DNA of 64,000 nucleotides from an uncultured Eubacteriales bacterium (GTDB lineage Bacteria; Bacillota; Clostridia; Oscillospirales; CAG-272): NCBI GenBank assembly GCA_905201895.1, contig CAJKPX010000006.1, positions 2,656 to 66,655 of the forward strand, read 5' to 3'. Shown piece by piece: positions 55,101 to 63,700 of this stretch (position 1 is its first letter; each line of letters starts with the position of its first letter). The notes under the pieces were generated by a model. It saw only the letters and a program-made list of their open reading frames with translations, ran no database searches and was not told where the DNA came from. The position numbers and the translations under genes were made by a program.

Positions 55101-55199
55101 ATCGCGCAGCTGATAAGGCGCTTTTCAAATTCTAATGATAAAAAAACAGTGCCGATACTCCAAAACGGAGCATCGGCGCTGTTTTTCTTCATTTTTTAT

Positions 55200-56453
55200 T
55201 CAACTACAGTAGACGTCACCCTGGGGAACTTCCTGCTCAACCAATCCCTTTTCAACCAAGAACTCCGCGAGGTCAAGTCCAACCTTTTTCTGCGTTGCGA
55301 GATCGGGATGTCCGTTTCCGCCGCCGGTGTTACGCGTTCCCTTGAACATGTAAAGACCTGCGTCCTCACCGCCAAGTGCACGGATCGCTTTGTTCCAGTA
55401 GGATGCCATGCCCGACTTCATCATATCGTAAACGAGAACGATCTTCACGTCCTCGCCGTAGGTCGTGCGGATCAGCGTGATCAGCTCGGTTGCCTTTGCC
55501 TGGAAATTATTTCCGTTCACACCCTTGCTCTCGTCGTTCGTTCCGAGGTTGATCACCACGATATCGGGCGTGCGAGTGGGCGCATATGCGGTGGAATCGC
55601 GATAATAGGATGCCGTTTTAAACAGGGTGTCAGCCGTGAACTCACGGAAACCTGCCAGCACGCCAACGCCGCTTGCGCTCACCATCGAATAATCAACACC
55701 GAGCGCGGATACAGCACCGTATGCAAAGGATTGCGTGCCGTCCTGATTCAATGCGTTGCCGGGATTTTCAGCTCCGTTTGCACAGAGATTGCCGTAGCCC
55801 GAGGTAATGCTGTCACCGATAAACTCGATGAATACATCGGCATTCTTGGGCGCCTCGGCAAAATAACCCGTGAAGCTGAGCTCCTCAAGCACGCAAAGCG
55901 CATTCATTGCCTCGGTCTGCTTGAGCACCTGAACGTGATGCACGCCACCCTCTGCAAAGCTTGCAATCGTGAGCGTGGTGGTGCCGGGATTTGCCTTGAA
56001 GCGAGTCGCGGAGCGCACACCGTCCACAATGACCGTGAAATACGCGGTTGCGGTGGAGGAATAGGAGGTTGCGGAGGTGGTGACCTTGAGCTTGAGGTCG
56101 CCTTCTACGTATGCATTGAATTCAATACCAGACGCGCTAAAATCGCACGCCACGCCTGTTCCGACCGTGCGAGTACGTCCGATCACGCGAACAAAGTCTG
56201 CGGCAGTTGCAAGCTTGCAGCTGATCGCTTCGACCGTGGGAGGCTCGGTTGCGGGCTCACCCGAGGTTTCATCGGCATCCGTGGTGTCATCTGCACCTGT
56301 GGTCTGTTCGGGCTCACCCGTGGTGTCATCGGTCTTTCCGGATGTTTTGGTGTCATCATTCGGCTTTTGATCGTTGGGTTGGCAGGCAATAAGCCCCGAG
56401 CAGAGGCAGAGTGCCAACGCTACAAGAAGGATACGAAGAAGTGAATTTTTCAT
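55200..56453 (-). CDS. lipoprotein SGNH/GDSL esterase with N-terminal beta-sandwich (CE2-like carbohydrate esterase architecture)
   Basis: MKNSLLRILLVALALCLCSGLIAC lipobox followed by a T/D/E linker. FIGDSITSGYG, VINLGTNDES and GNGHPD SGNH blocks. Confidence 0.78.
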   Translation of the reverse strand: MKNSLLRILLVALALCLCSGLIACQPNDQKPNDDTKTSGKTDDTTGEPEQTTGADDTTDADETSGEPATEPPTVEAISCKLATAADFVRVIGRTRTVGTGVACDFSASGIEFNAYVEGDLKLKVTTSATSYSSTATAYFTVIVDGVRSATRFKANPGTTTLTIASFAEGGVHHVQVLKQTEAMNALCVLEELSFTGYFAEAPKNADVFIEFIGDSITSGYGNLCANGAENPGNALNQDGTQSFAYGAVSALGVDYSMVSASGVGVLAGFREFTADTLFKTASYYRDSTAYAPTRTPDIVVINLGTNDESKGVNGNNFQAKATELITLIRTTYGEDVKIVLVYDMMKSGMASYWNKAIRALGGEDAGLYMFKGTRNTGGGNGHPDLATQKKVGLDLAEFLVEKGLVEQEVPQGDVYCS

Positions 56454-56490
56454 AATCGGTCCCTTTCTCTTTTGTATTTTTTGTGCATTT

Positions 56491-56519
56491 ATTATACCAT
56501 ACATTGCATCCCTTGTCAA
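56491..56519 (-). promoter_or_regulatory. sigma-A-type promoter for the CE2-like esterase gene
   Basis: Minus strand reads TTGACA (56519-56514), 17-nt spacer, TATAAT (56496-56491). Confidence 0.7.
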
Positions 56520-56530
56520 GCAATTACCAC

Positions 56531-56578
56531 AAAAAATGAGCCCGCCATCTCCGATGCGAATTTGTCGGAATGGCGGGC
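56531..56578 (-). terminator. rho-independent terminator closing the vWA-kinase-PP2C-HExxH operon
   Basis: Minus strand reads GCCCGCCAT (56578-56570), a loop, ATGGCGGGC (56548-56540), then TCATTTTTTG. Confidence 0.75.
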
Positions 56579-56602
56579 ATTTCGATTGAAAAGCTTGTAA
56601 AA

Positions 56603-57547
56603 TCAGGGCAGCCTTGCGTATTCGGCATCCATGATCTGTCCGATGCGCTGCGCAATGGGACGCGGACGGTCATTGCACATGTATTCGGCAAACGCCTCGG
56701 CAATCAGCTCCTGCGTGGAGGTGGTTGCGTACTGCGAAAGCCCTGCTTGCACGTCATAGGCAGAGAGCGTTCTGACGTAATCAACCAACGAAAATTTTTC
56801 GGACAGACAGCAAAGATAGTCGATCAGGTGTCCGAGCTCGTGATAGACCACCGACTCGGGAGACCAGCACCCCTGCGGATGAAAGCCAGACGCCGCATCG
56901 CGGCGCAGACTGCTGACCAATTGGATATAAGCATAGCCTTCATAGTCATTTTCATCGAGCAGAACGGCATCGAACATCCCAAAGGCAAAGATCGCCATGG
57001 CGATATAGGAGTCCGAGCGCGACAGCATAGAGCCAATCAGATTGCGCATGAGCACACCGAGCCGACGCGCCACCGACTCCTCACAGATATACTGCAGAGC
57101 AAAATCGTGCAGAACCGAGGTGTCGCCACGCATCATACGCTCCATTGCCGCGCAGTAGCCTCGGGGTGAGCCGAGATAGCACATCTTGCTGCGCAGCTTG
57201 GGATACCGGTAGAGCACATTGACCACAACCTTGAGCACACGCTTGAGCCCATAGATATTGATATCGGCAAAATCGCATGCATCGCAGAGCGAATAGCTGC
57301 GGGCAATCTCCTCGAGCTGCCTGTAATTAGAGGCATTTTCAATTGCGTCGATAATTCGCTCTGCGCGGCAGCGCTTCAGATAGGAGCGAGAGAAGCGCGC
57401 GTTGAGCAGCTGCATCTGCTGCACCGTCAGCAAAAGCTCCGCCTTCTCTCCCCCAATGCCCTGAACCGTGAAGCGATAGGGGTGTGCAAGATCGTTGGCG
57501 TGCATCTGCACCGTCCAAGCATGCATATCTATACGTTCAGGTTGCAT
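56603..57547 (-). CDS. HExxH-motif protein, putative gluzincin-type Zn metallopeptidase (314 aa)
   Basis: YHELGHLID (codons at 56828-56842), then LSQYATTSTQELIAEAFAEY ~45 aa downstream. HExxH followed by a downstream Glu within an ExxAExF-type helix is reminiscent of anthrax-LF/MtfA-like minimal gluzincins. The start ATG overlaps the PP2C gene stop by 11 nt; an alternative ATG lies at 57526. Confidence 0.55.
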   Translation of the reverse strand: MQPERIDMHAWTVQMHANDLAHPYRFTVQGIGGEKAELLLTVQQMQLLNARFSRSYLKRCRAERIIDAIENASNYRQLEEIARSYSLCDACDFADINIYGLKRVLKVVVNVLYRYPKLRSKMCYLGSPRGYCAAMERMMRGDTSVLHDFALQYICEESVARRLGVLMRNLIGSMLSRSDSYIAMAIFAFGMFDAVLLDENDYEGYAYIQLVSSLRRDAASGFHPQGCWSPESVVYHELGHLIDYLCCLSEKFSLVDYVRTLSAYDVQAGLSQYATTSTQELIAEAFAEYMCNDRPRPIAQRIGQIMDAEYARLP

Positions 57548-59711
57548 CGGACTTCAAAAGGGACTCATGTGCTTCACGCATCCGCTCCAGATCACGCTCA
57601 ACCCTGCGCACGTTGTCAAGCGAGGAGGTTTTGCAATGATAGTAGGTGCGGAAGCGAGTGAGTCGGGTGTTGTTATAGTAACCGTCGATCACAGAGCTCT
57701 GCTGCGGTGCGGCGGCGAGAGCGGCAACGATTTGCTCCACCATCCACTCACGCTCGGCAAGAAAGAGCGATTTCAATGCGTTCTCCATCTCATGGTCCGC
57801 GAGGTCGGCAGCCGTTGCCTTGGGAAGGGGCAACCCCATTCTCTCGGCAAATTTGGGCTGGAACAGCATCTCGGGCTTAATCATGCGAGTAAGAAGGATC
57901 GGGAAGCAGCCGTCTATCGCCTTGAGGTAGCGTTCAGTTGCCCCCTTGACATTGCTTTTACTTGTCAGGATATCGCTGTCGAGCTCCTTGATTTTGGTTT
58001 GGTATGCAATCAACCTGCGCACGAACGCCCTGTCCTCTGCCTTGGTGAGAAATGCCTTCATCAAAGCTGCCGAGCGCTGATTGGGCAGATTGGTCTGCTT
58101 TTTATCGGGAATCGCGATCACGGTTCCGTGGAGAAAATCAAACTCAATCAGTTGCCACATTGTAATCAGATTGATCAGCTCAACCCAGCTGCGATCTGCG
58201 TCATTCCTCTGCTTTTTGGATGCATTGACAATCGGCTCATTTTTGAAACGGTCAAGTCTATCGGTGTATACGCCGATGCGGTCGGTGATCTGCTCGCGCA
58301 GACGTGCCTCCTGCTCCAAATGGCTCCTGCGCGCCTTGATCTTATCGTCCAATGCCTTTTGATGCGTTGCAATTTCACGCGCCGCTGCAACCGCACGTCG
58401 GAAATTGGTTTCCAGGCGCTTTTTGACTGCATTTGCATTGCTGAAGGAAATATGATTTCTCGTCAGATATTGCGACGCGTTCTGCGGATCGGCAAGCAAA
58501 ACCTTGTAGATCTTTTCAAAAATCTCCTCAAGCTGCGCCTGTCTCTCCTGCTCTGCACGCTGCACAGCCTCGTGGCGCAGCAACTCCACGCGCTCGGAAA
58601 TGGCACCGCGAAGCACAACGTCGCGCTTTTTTTCGATCAGCATCGGGATCAGTGCCGCAGCAATGGCAGCGTATTTATCCGACGTTCTGGTGCGAATGTA
58701 GCCGGCGATATCCTCCTCGGGCTGATTGATCACCTCGAGAACCGAATGCATTTCCTTCCATCTCTTGAGCAAGGACTCAACCTGTTGGCAGCGTCCGGCA
58801 AGCGACTGTTTCATGTCGGCATAGTCGCAAAAGCCAAATGCGGTGAAGGCGATCGTTGCATCGTCGGAATGGATCGAATTGAAGGTTTGCAGGAGAGACT
58901 CTCGAAGCTCCTCGAGCGACTCGTTCTCTGCAATGGCACATTGAACGGTATGCTCCACGCCCAGATAATCGTGCGGATCATAGGGATCGAACACGCCGTC
59001 GCTCACGGCGAGAAGCGCACAGGGCTTGCTGAATTGATAACGGCGGTGATGCAGAACGGTGGGCTTATCGGACGCGAAGAAAAGATTGGTGATCGCGCCA
59101 GAGGAATCCTCATCGTCCTCGGTGAGCAGCTTCATACCCGAGGGCAGAAGCGCATAGCAGCGCGAATCGCCTGCCCAGATGCAGTCGGCAACCACCGTTG
59201 ACTCACGCTCTTCAAAGAAAACGGCTGCCAGGGTGGTGGGAAGGAGCAGCTGGTTATCGTATTTTCCGCGCTTGAGATCAAATTCCTTGACCACGCGATG
59301 GAGCCCCTTGGAAACGAATGCCGCGAGCCTTTCCCGAACGTCGGGATCACGCAAGCGCTTGATCTCGGAGAACTCCTCGAGATAGCGAACCGCGTAGAGA
59401 AAACGTCCGATCGCGATGCGCGAGCCCCAAAGCGCCGAGGTGTCGGCGACTCCGTCTGACATCGGCTCGATGAGCTGATCCAGATAGGAAGCGAATTGCC
59501 CTTCCTCGCAGGCATTCAAGTCGAAATCGCCAAACGCCGCGCGTCGGATGTCCTCCGCAAGTCTTGAATGACGCTTGCGGTCAATTTCATGCACGGTCGA
59601 TCCCGCACCGCCGAGACCGTCGGCAGCGACCAGGAGATTTTTTCCAACGAAGGGAGGTGCATCCTCGTTCTTCAAAACCGAATAAAGTGAAAATTTCAAC
59701 GTATTGCTCAT
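57537..59711 (-). CDS. PP2C-family Ser/Thr phosphatase with ~450-aa predicted alpha-helical C-terminal extension (724 aa)
   Basis: PP2C motifs LLVAADGLGGAG, IWAGDSRCYAL and LLAVSDGVFD in the first ~270 aa. The remainder is rich in E/R/K/L/A/Q (for example RHEAVQRAEQERQAQLEEIFEKIYK). The start overlaps the kinase stop (ATGA). Confidence 0.8.
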   Translation of the reverse strand: MSNTLKFSLYSVLKNEDAPPFVGKNLLVAADGLGGAGSTVHEIDRKRHSRLAEDIRRAAFGDFDLNACEEGQFASYLDQLIEPMSDGVADTSALWGSRIAIGRFLYAVRYLEEFSEIKRLRDPDVRERLAAFVSKGLHRVVKEFDLKRGKYDNQLLLPTTLAAVFFEERESTVVADCIWAGDSRCYALLPSGMKLLTEDDEDSSGAITNLFFASDKPTVLHHRRYQFSKPCALLAVSDGVFDPYDPHDYLGVEHTVQCAIAENESLEELRESLLQTFNSIHSDDATIAFTAFGFCDYADMKQSLAGRCQQVESLLKRWKEMHSVLEVINQPEEDIAGYIRTRTSDKYAAIAAALIPMLIEKKRDVVLRGAISERVELLRHEAVQRAEQERQAQLEEIFEKIYKVLLADPQNASQYLTRNHISFSNANAVKKRLETNFRRAVAAAREIATHQKALDDKIKARRSHLEQEARLREQITDRIGVYTDRLDRFKNEPIVNASKKQRNDADRSWVELINLITMWQLIEFDFLHGTVIAIPDKKQTNLPNQRSAALMKAFLTKAEDRAFVRRLIAYQTKIKELDSDILTSKSNVKGATERYLKAIDGCFPILLTRMIKPEMLFQPKFAERMGLPLPKATAADLADHEMENALKSLFLAEREWMVEQIVAALAAAPQQSSVIDGYYNNTRLTRFRTYYHCKTSSLDNVRRVERDLERMREAHESLLKSDAT

Positions 59712-61285
59712 TTGATCAACCCCATCAGTTTCATATTGTTCGCCGAGACACGATCGTTGACCTTCGGCTTGCCGTCAACCATCACTTCATATGTGATCTT
59801 ATAGCGGTGCTCTCCGCCGATCTCCACGCGCGCGATCTGCTTGACGCCCAGACGCAGCATGTTTTCAGGAACGTATGCCGTTCCGTGCTCGGGCCAGGGC
59901 GTGTCGGTAACCGCTTCCGCGAGCTTTTTGGGATGCGCGAGCCCCTCGGAAACCAGCCATTCCTCGCCCTTGTCAAATTCGCGTCCGCCCGTCATCGTGA
60001 TGAGATAACGGTTGCGGAAGAACAGTTTTGCGCGCTTGATCTTAACGTATCCCTTCGCCGAGATCACACTCGGAGATTCAAATTCGATGATATGCTCGGG
60101 CCAGGGCTCGTCGATCTCGGCTGCAAGACGCTTGGCATACCCTGCCTCCACGATCTCGTCGAGCGACATGGTGCGCTCGGTGCCGTCAGCAAGTGTGACG
60201 CGATACTTCTGTCCCGCGCTTCCCCATCCAACGCTGACGCGCTTGAAGGACTTGACGCCCTTCTTCTTCAGAGTTGCCATCGTGTAGATTTCGATTGCAA
60301 GTGCATGTGCGGGCCAGGGCTCCTTATCAAAGGGCTTGGCGTCGCTTCCCTTGTGGAATTCCTCGGGGATTTCCAGCGAATCGTTGAGGACCTGCACGAG
60401 CTGCTCGGCGGTGGGGCGCTTGGCGGGGTCCTTGGCGAACGCCCAATTGATCAGCGACATGAGCGTGGCTCCGCACTTGGGGCCGATCTGCACGTCAAAT
60501 TTTTTATCAATCGTGACTGTCTTGTCAAGATAAACTGCCGCTCCGACCGATCCGCGATCGAGGTCAACGGTCGGGAACGCATCGCACCACCAGCGGTGCA
60601 GCACAATGCCCCAGGTGAAGATATCGGTGGCAGGGGTGATCGTGCTCGGCTCGGATGCCCCCTCGTCGAAGACATAGCGCATAACCTCGGGGCTCTGGTA
60701 GCCGTCGGTTCCTCCGATCGAATCCCATGCGGGGATCGCGTCGGCGGTGTAGGACGAGTCAAAGTCGATCAGGTAGGATTGATACGTTCCACCTGCCGCC
60801 GCCTTCACCAAAACGTTTTTCTCCTTGAGGTCACCGTGAATCACGCCACGATCGTGCAGCAGCTGCAGGCGCTCAGCAAAATCGCGTGCCAGCGCAATGA
60901 TCTGATCGCGCGGCAGGGACGAAAGCTTGAATTCCGACGGCAACACGTCGGGCACACACACAGTAACCGTTGTGAATTTATTTTCGCTGTCCCAGAAATG
61001 GACTTCCTCAACAACGATCCGATCACGTGCCCAAGTGAGTCCCTTCATCCTTCGACTCAGCTCAGCCTGCTTTTGCTCCAGCGCCTCGGCGACTACCTTA
61101 TACGTCTTATATACGTCAGGGGTCATGTCACGGGTGGGATAGCGCACGTGGATATTGCGCTTGATAAAATAAGTGGTAGTCCCCTTTTTTCCAAGCACGT
61201 ATTCGCCGTTTCCCGTCAGCCGCCATTTGAAGGCTCCGCCTTCAATAAAGGAAGGCAAAACATCGTATTCGCCGTGATATTTCAT
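59708..61285 (-). CDS. Hanks-type Ser/Thr protein kinase with three C-terminal ~68-aa PWPxH repeats (525 aa), no TM segment
   Basis: TTYFIKR (VAIK-like Lys), catalytic loop VIHGDLKEKNVLV, DFD (DFG-like) and GTDGYQSPE (APE-like). C-terminal repeats begin at KEPWPAH, DEPWPEH and DTPWPEH. AGGAGGAAT SD. Confidence 0.85.
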   Translation of the reverse strand: MKYHGEYDVLPSFIEGGAFKWRLTGNGEYVLGKKGTTTYFIKRNIHVRYPTRDMTPDVYKTYKVVAEALEQKQAELSRRMKGLTWARDRIVVEEVHFWDSENKFTTVTVCVPDVLPSEFKLSSLPRDQIIALARDFAERLQLLHDRGVIHGDLKEKNVLVKAAAGGTYQSYLIDFDSSYTADAIPAWDSIGGTDGYQSPEVMRYVFDEGASEPSTITPATDIFTWGIVLHRWWCDAFPTVDLDRGSVGAAVYLDKTVTIDKKFDVQIGPKCGATLMSLINWAFAKDPAKRPTAEQLVQVLNDSLEIPEEFHKGSDAKPFDKEPWPAHALAIEIYTMATLKKKGVKSFKRVSVGWGSAGQKYRVTLADGTERTMSLDEIVEAGYAKRLAAEIDEPWPEHIIEFESPSVISAKGYVKIKRAKLFFRNRYLITMTGGREFDKGEEWLVSEGLAHPKKLAEAVTDTPWPEHGTAYVPENMLRLGVKQIARVEIGGEHRYKITYEVMVDGKPKVNDRVSANNMKLMGLIK

Positions 61286-61317
61286 TGTAATTCCTCCTAT
61301 ATAAGCTTCGGCTCCCG

Positions 61318-62019
61318 TCAGGAAGCCGAGCTTGCGGATGCCGCTATAATTTTGATGATACTGTCAAACGGAACGTCGTCGATCCCGCGATGAATCTGCA
61401 CGGGCTGGAATACGCTGCGGTTGAAGCGCTGATTGATCCTGGCATAAACCGTGCCCTCGGGAGCAAACAGAACCATGCGCTTGCAGCGCTCGCGGAGCTT
61501 GGAGGGCTGCGATTGCATGCACATCCAGAGCTCGAGCAGACCATTATCGTCTACCATGCCCGATGGATAGCCCGCGATTTGGGCGCGTGCCTTGAGGGGA
61601 ATGGCATCGGTATCGGCAAACAGCACGATCACCTGGCGGTCATTGCTCCCCGTTACGAAATCCGAGCGCATTGCATAGCAAAGCGCCTCGAGTCCGTTCG
61701 CATCCTCATTGCATCCGCCACTTGCCTTTTGCGTGTCGAGATAGGAGGCAAACTCGCCCTCCTCCTCCGGCAGCTCAAAAAAGCGGCTCTCCACCATTGC
61801 GCGTTGACCGTCGCTCTTGTAATCGCGGAATATGATGAGCTTGATGCGCATCATGTCAATCTCACTTCCCATATCGGTCATGGAGCTTGCAAAATCAGCA
61901 TAAAAGCGACGTGCGTTGTTCTTAACATTATCGAAACAGGGAGACATGCTCCCTGTTCCGTCAATGCAAAATACAATATCAACGCAACGCCTTTTCGTCA
62001 GAAAATTCGGGCTGTGCAT
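61318..62019 (-). CDS. cytoplasmic vWA-domain protein, TerY-like (233 aa)
   Basis: MIDAS-type start VDIVFCIDGTGSM, then FRDY, FFELP, NGLEAL.YAM.SDF, RQVIVLF.D.D and FAPEG blocks. No signal peptide. Collinear with 62074-62772. Confidence 0.8.
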   Translation of the reverse strand: MHSPNFLTKRRCVDIVFCIDGTGSMSPCFDNVKNNARRFYADFASSMTDMGSEIDMMRIKLIIFRDYKSDGQRAMVESRFFELPEEEGEFASYLDTQKASGGCNEDANGLEALCYAMRSDFVTGSNDRQVIVLFADTDAIPLKARAQIAGYPSGMVDDNGLLELWMCMQSQPSKLRERCKRMVLFAPEGTVYARINQRFNRSVFQPVQIHRGIDDVPFDSIIKIIAASASSAS

Positions 62020-62073
62020 CGTGACATCGGTCTCCTCTCTCCAAAGCGTTTTGTTTGACTGCTAGGGTCACAA

Positions 62074-62772
62074 TCAAGCGTTGCTTGCCGATGCGGCAAT
62101 GATCTTGATGATATCCTTAAAGTCGATATCTGCAAGACCCGTGGACATGTTAACAGGCTCGAAGATGCTGCGATTGAGCTTCTTGTTCAGGTCCTGATAC
62201 TTGGTTCCCTCGGGGGCAAAGATGACGAGTCTCTTGTTCTTCTCGCGCAGCTTGAGCGACGCATCCTGACCGATGCATGCCCATGTCCGAATGAAGCCAT
62301 CCTCGTCCACCATATCGGCGGGATAGCCCGCTGCCGACTCGCGTGCTTTGAGATCGAGTGCATCGGCATCCGAGAAGAGCACGATCACCTGACGGTCCTT
62401 GCTGCCCGTGGTGAAATCCGACTTCATTGCAAGATAGAGTGCCTCAAGACCGTTCTCGGGTGCATCTCCACCGCCGCCTGCTGCAATATCGCTCATGTAC
62501 TTTGCAAAATCGGCATCATCTGCGGGGAGCTCGAAGAAGGGGCTCTCAACCATAGCCGAGGCACCGTCGTCCTTGTAATCGCGGAACACGATCACCTTCA
62601 CGCGCATCGAGTCGATCTCACTTCCCAGATCAATCATTGCGCTGGCAAATTCCATGTGAAATCTGCGTGCGTTGTTCTTTACGTTTTCAATGCAGGGAAC
62701 CATGCTTCCCGTTCCGTCGATACAGAAAACCACGTCGATGTTGCGCTTGGTTCCAAAGAAATTGTCTGCCAT
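62074..62772 (-). CDS. cytoplasmic vWA-domain protein, TerY-like (232 aa)
   Basis: IDVVFCIDGTGSM ... ENGLEALYLAMKSDF ... RQVIVLFSDADA ... FAPEG. It shares the C-terminal tail IIKIIAASAS with 61318-62019. AAGGAGA SD. Confidence 0.8.
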   Translation of the reverse strand: MADNFFGTKRNIDVVFCIDGTGSMVPCIENVKNNARRFHMEFASAMIDLGSEIDSMRVKVIVFRDYKDDGASAMVESPFFELPADDADFAKYMSDIAAGGGGDAPENGLEALYLAMKSDFTTGSKDRQVIVLFSDADALDLKARESAAGYPADMVDEDGFIRTWACIGQDASLKLREKNKRLVIFAPEGTKYQDLNKKLNRSIFEPVNMSTGLADIDFKDIIKIIAASASNA

Positions 62773-62833
62773 AATAATTGTCTCCTTTTATTTTTTATCT
62801 TTCATTTGTAAATCAAGATAAATACTTTAGTTA

Positions 62834-62862
62834 ATTATACTCCCTTTTTTCGTCCTTGTCAA
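62834..62862 (-). promoter_or_regulatory. consensus sigma-A promoter driving vWA-vWA-kinase-PP2C-HExxH
   Basis: Minus strand reads TTGACA (62862-62857), 17-nt spacer, TATAAT (62839-62834), ~60 nt upstream of the vWA ATG at 62772. Confidence 0.75.
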
Positions 62863-62980
62863 CACCCGATGCTCCTTTTTTGTCTTTTTTTGTATAAAAA
62901 GCCAACAAAATGCCGATGGAGGCAGGTAAGTGCAAGCCTTGATGCAACGACTGCGGATGGGACGTGACGGAATGACGAAA

Positions 62981-63700
62981 TCAGAAGAATACGTATTTGC
63001 AAAACCGCTCTGCGAGAGCCTCAACCTCATCGTCACCGAAAAGGGTTGCCGCATTCTCCAGCGGCTCGGAGAAGCAACCGCCGAGCCTCTCCGCCAACGC
63101 CTGATATTTGCTGTATTCGGGTGCGAACAAAATCATTCGCTTTCTTCCCTTGACCAATCGGCAGGCGTCATCCCGATCAATTCCGTTCCATAGGCGGATC
63201 AGCCCCTCCTCGTCAATCATATCGGACGGATATGCCGCCACGGGCTCTCGGTTTTTCAGCTCCAGCGCATCGGCGTCGGAAATAAGCACGATAACCTGGC
63301 GTCCTCGCGCCTCCGTTTGAAAATCCGATTTCATTGCAAGGTAAATGGCTTCAAGCCCATTCTCGCACGGGTCTCCGCCCCCCTCCGCCTCAATGCTTTC
63401 CAGAAGCGCGTCAAATTCATCCTTCTCCTCCGGGAGCTCAAAAAAGAGGCTTTCCTGCATGGCGTTGAAGTCATCGTACAGATAATCGCGAAAAACAATC
63501 ACCTTTACGCGCAATGCGCTGATCCATGCGTCAATCTCCAACGATTTATTCAAAAGCTCGTAGAAAAAGCGGTCGATATTCCGTCTGATACCGTCGATGC
63601 AGGCAGACATGCTGACCGTTCCGTCGATGCAGAGCACAATATCCACTTTTCGCCCTTCTTCTGCAGAATGATGAAGCACGGTGTCCCCCTTCCCGCTCAC
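62981..63700 (-). CDS. third, more divergent TerY-like vWA-domain protein (~239 aa)
   Basis: VDIVLCIDGTVSM ... FRDY ... FFELP ... ENGLEAIYLAMKSDF ... RQVIVLISDADA ... FAPE. Its C-terminus differs from the other two. The preferred start is GTG at 63700, overlapping the Dabb stop (GTGA). The track ORF start (63847) would overlap the Dabb gene by 151 nt. Confidence 0.7.
   Translation of the reverse strand: MSGKGDTVLHHSAEEGRKVDIVLCIDGTVSMSACIDGIRRNIDRFFYELLNKSLEIDAWISALRVKVIVFRDYLYDDFNAMQESLFFELPEEKDEFDALLESIEAEGGGDPCENGLEAIYLAMKSDFQTEARGRQVIVLISDADALELKNREPVAAYPSDMIDEEGLIRLWNGIDRDDACRLVKGRKRMILFAPEYSKYQALAERLGGCFSEPLENAATLFGDDEVEALAERFCKYVFF

Noticed and set aside
43107-56444. Other long antisense ORFs: 43107-44246 (+), 45317-46399 (-), 46622-48115 (-), 50932-52782 (+), 55149-56444 (+)
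   Set aside because: Each lies opposite a gene with a confident family assignment (EIIC-like, GH78, 1447-aa exoprotein, SGNH esterase). They lack SD sequences and have shadow-ORF composition.
57495-61393. Two long plus-strand ORFs (57495-59201, 568 aa; 59564-61393, 609 aa) opposite the PP2C and kinase genes
   Set aside because: These are shadow ORFs. The minus-strand frames carry clear PP2C and kinase catalytic motifs, SD sequences and operon coupling. The plus-strand products are low-complexity (R/L/G/H/C-rich).
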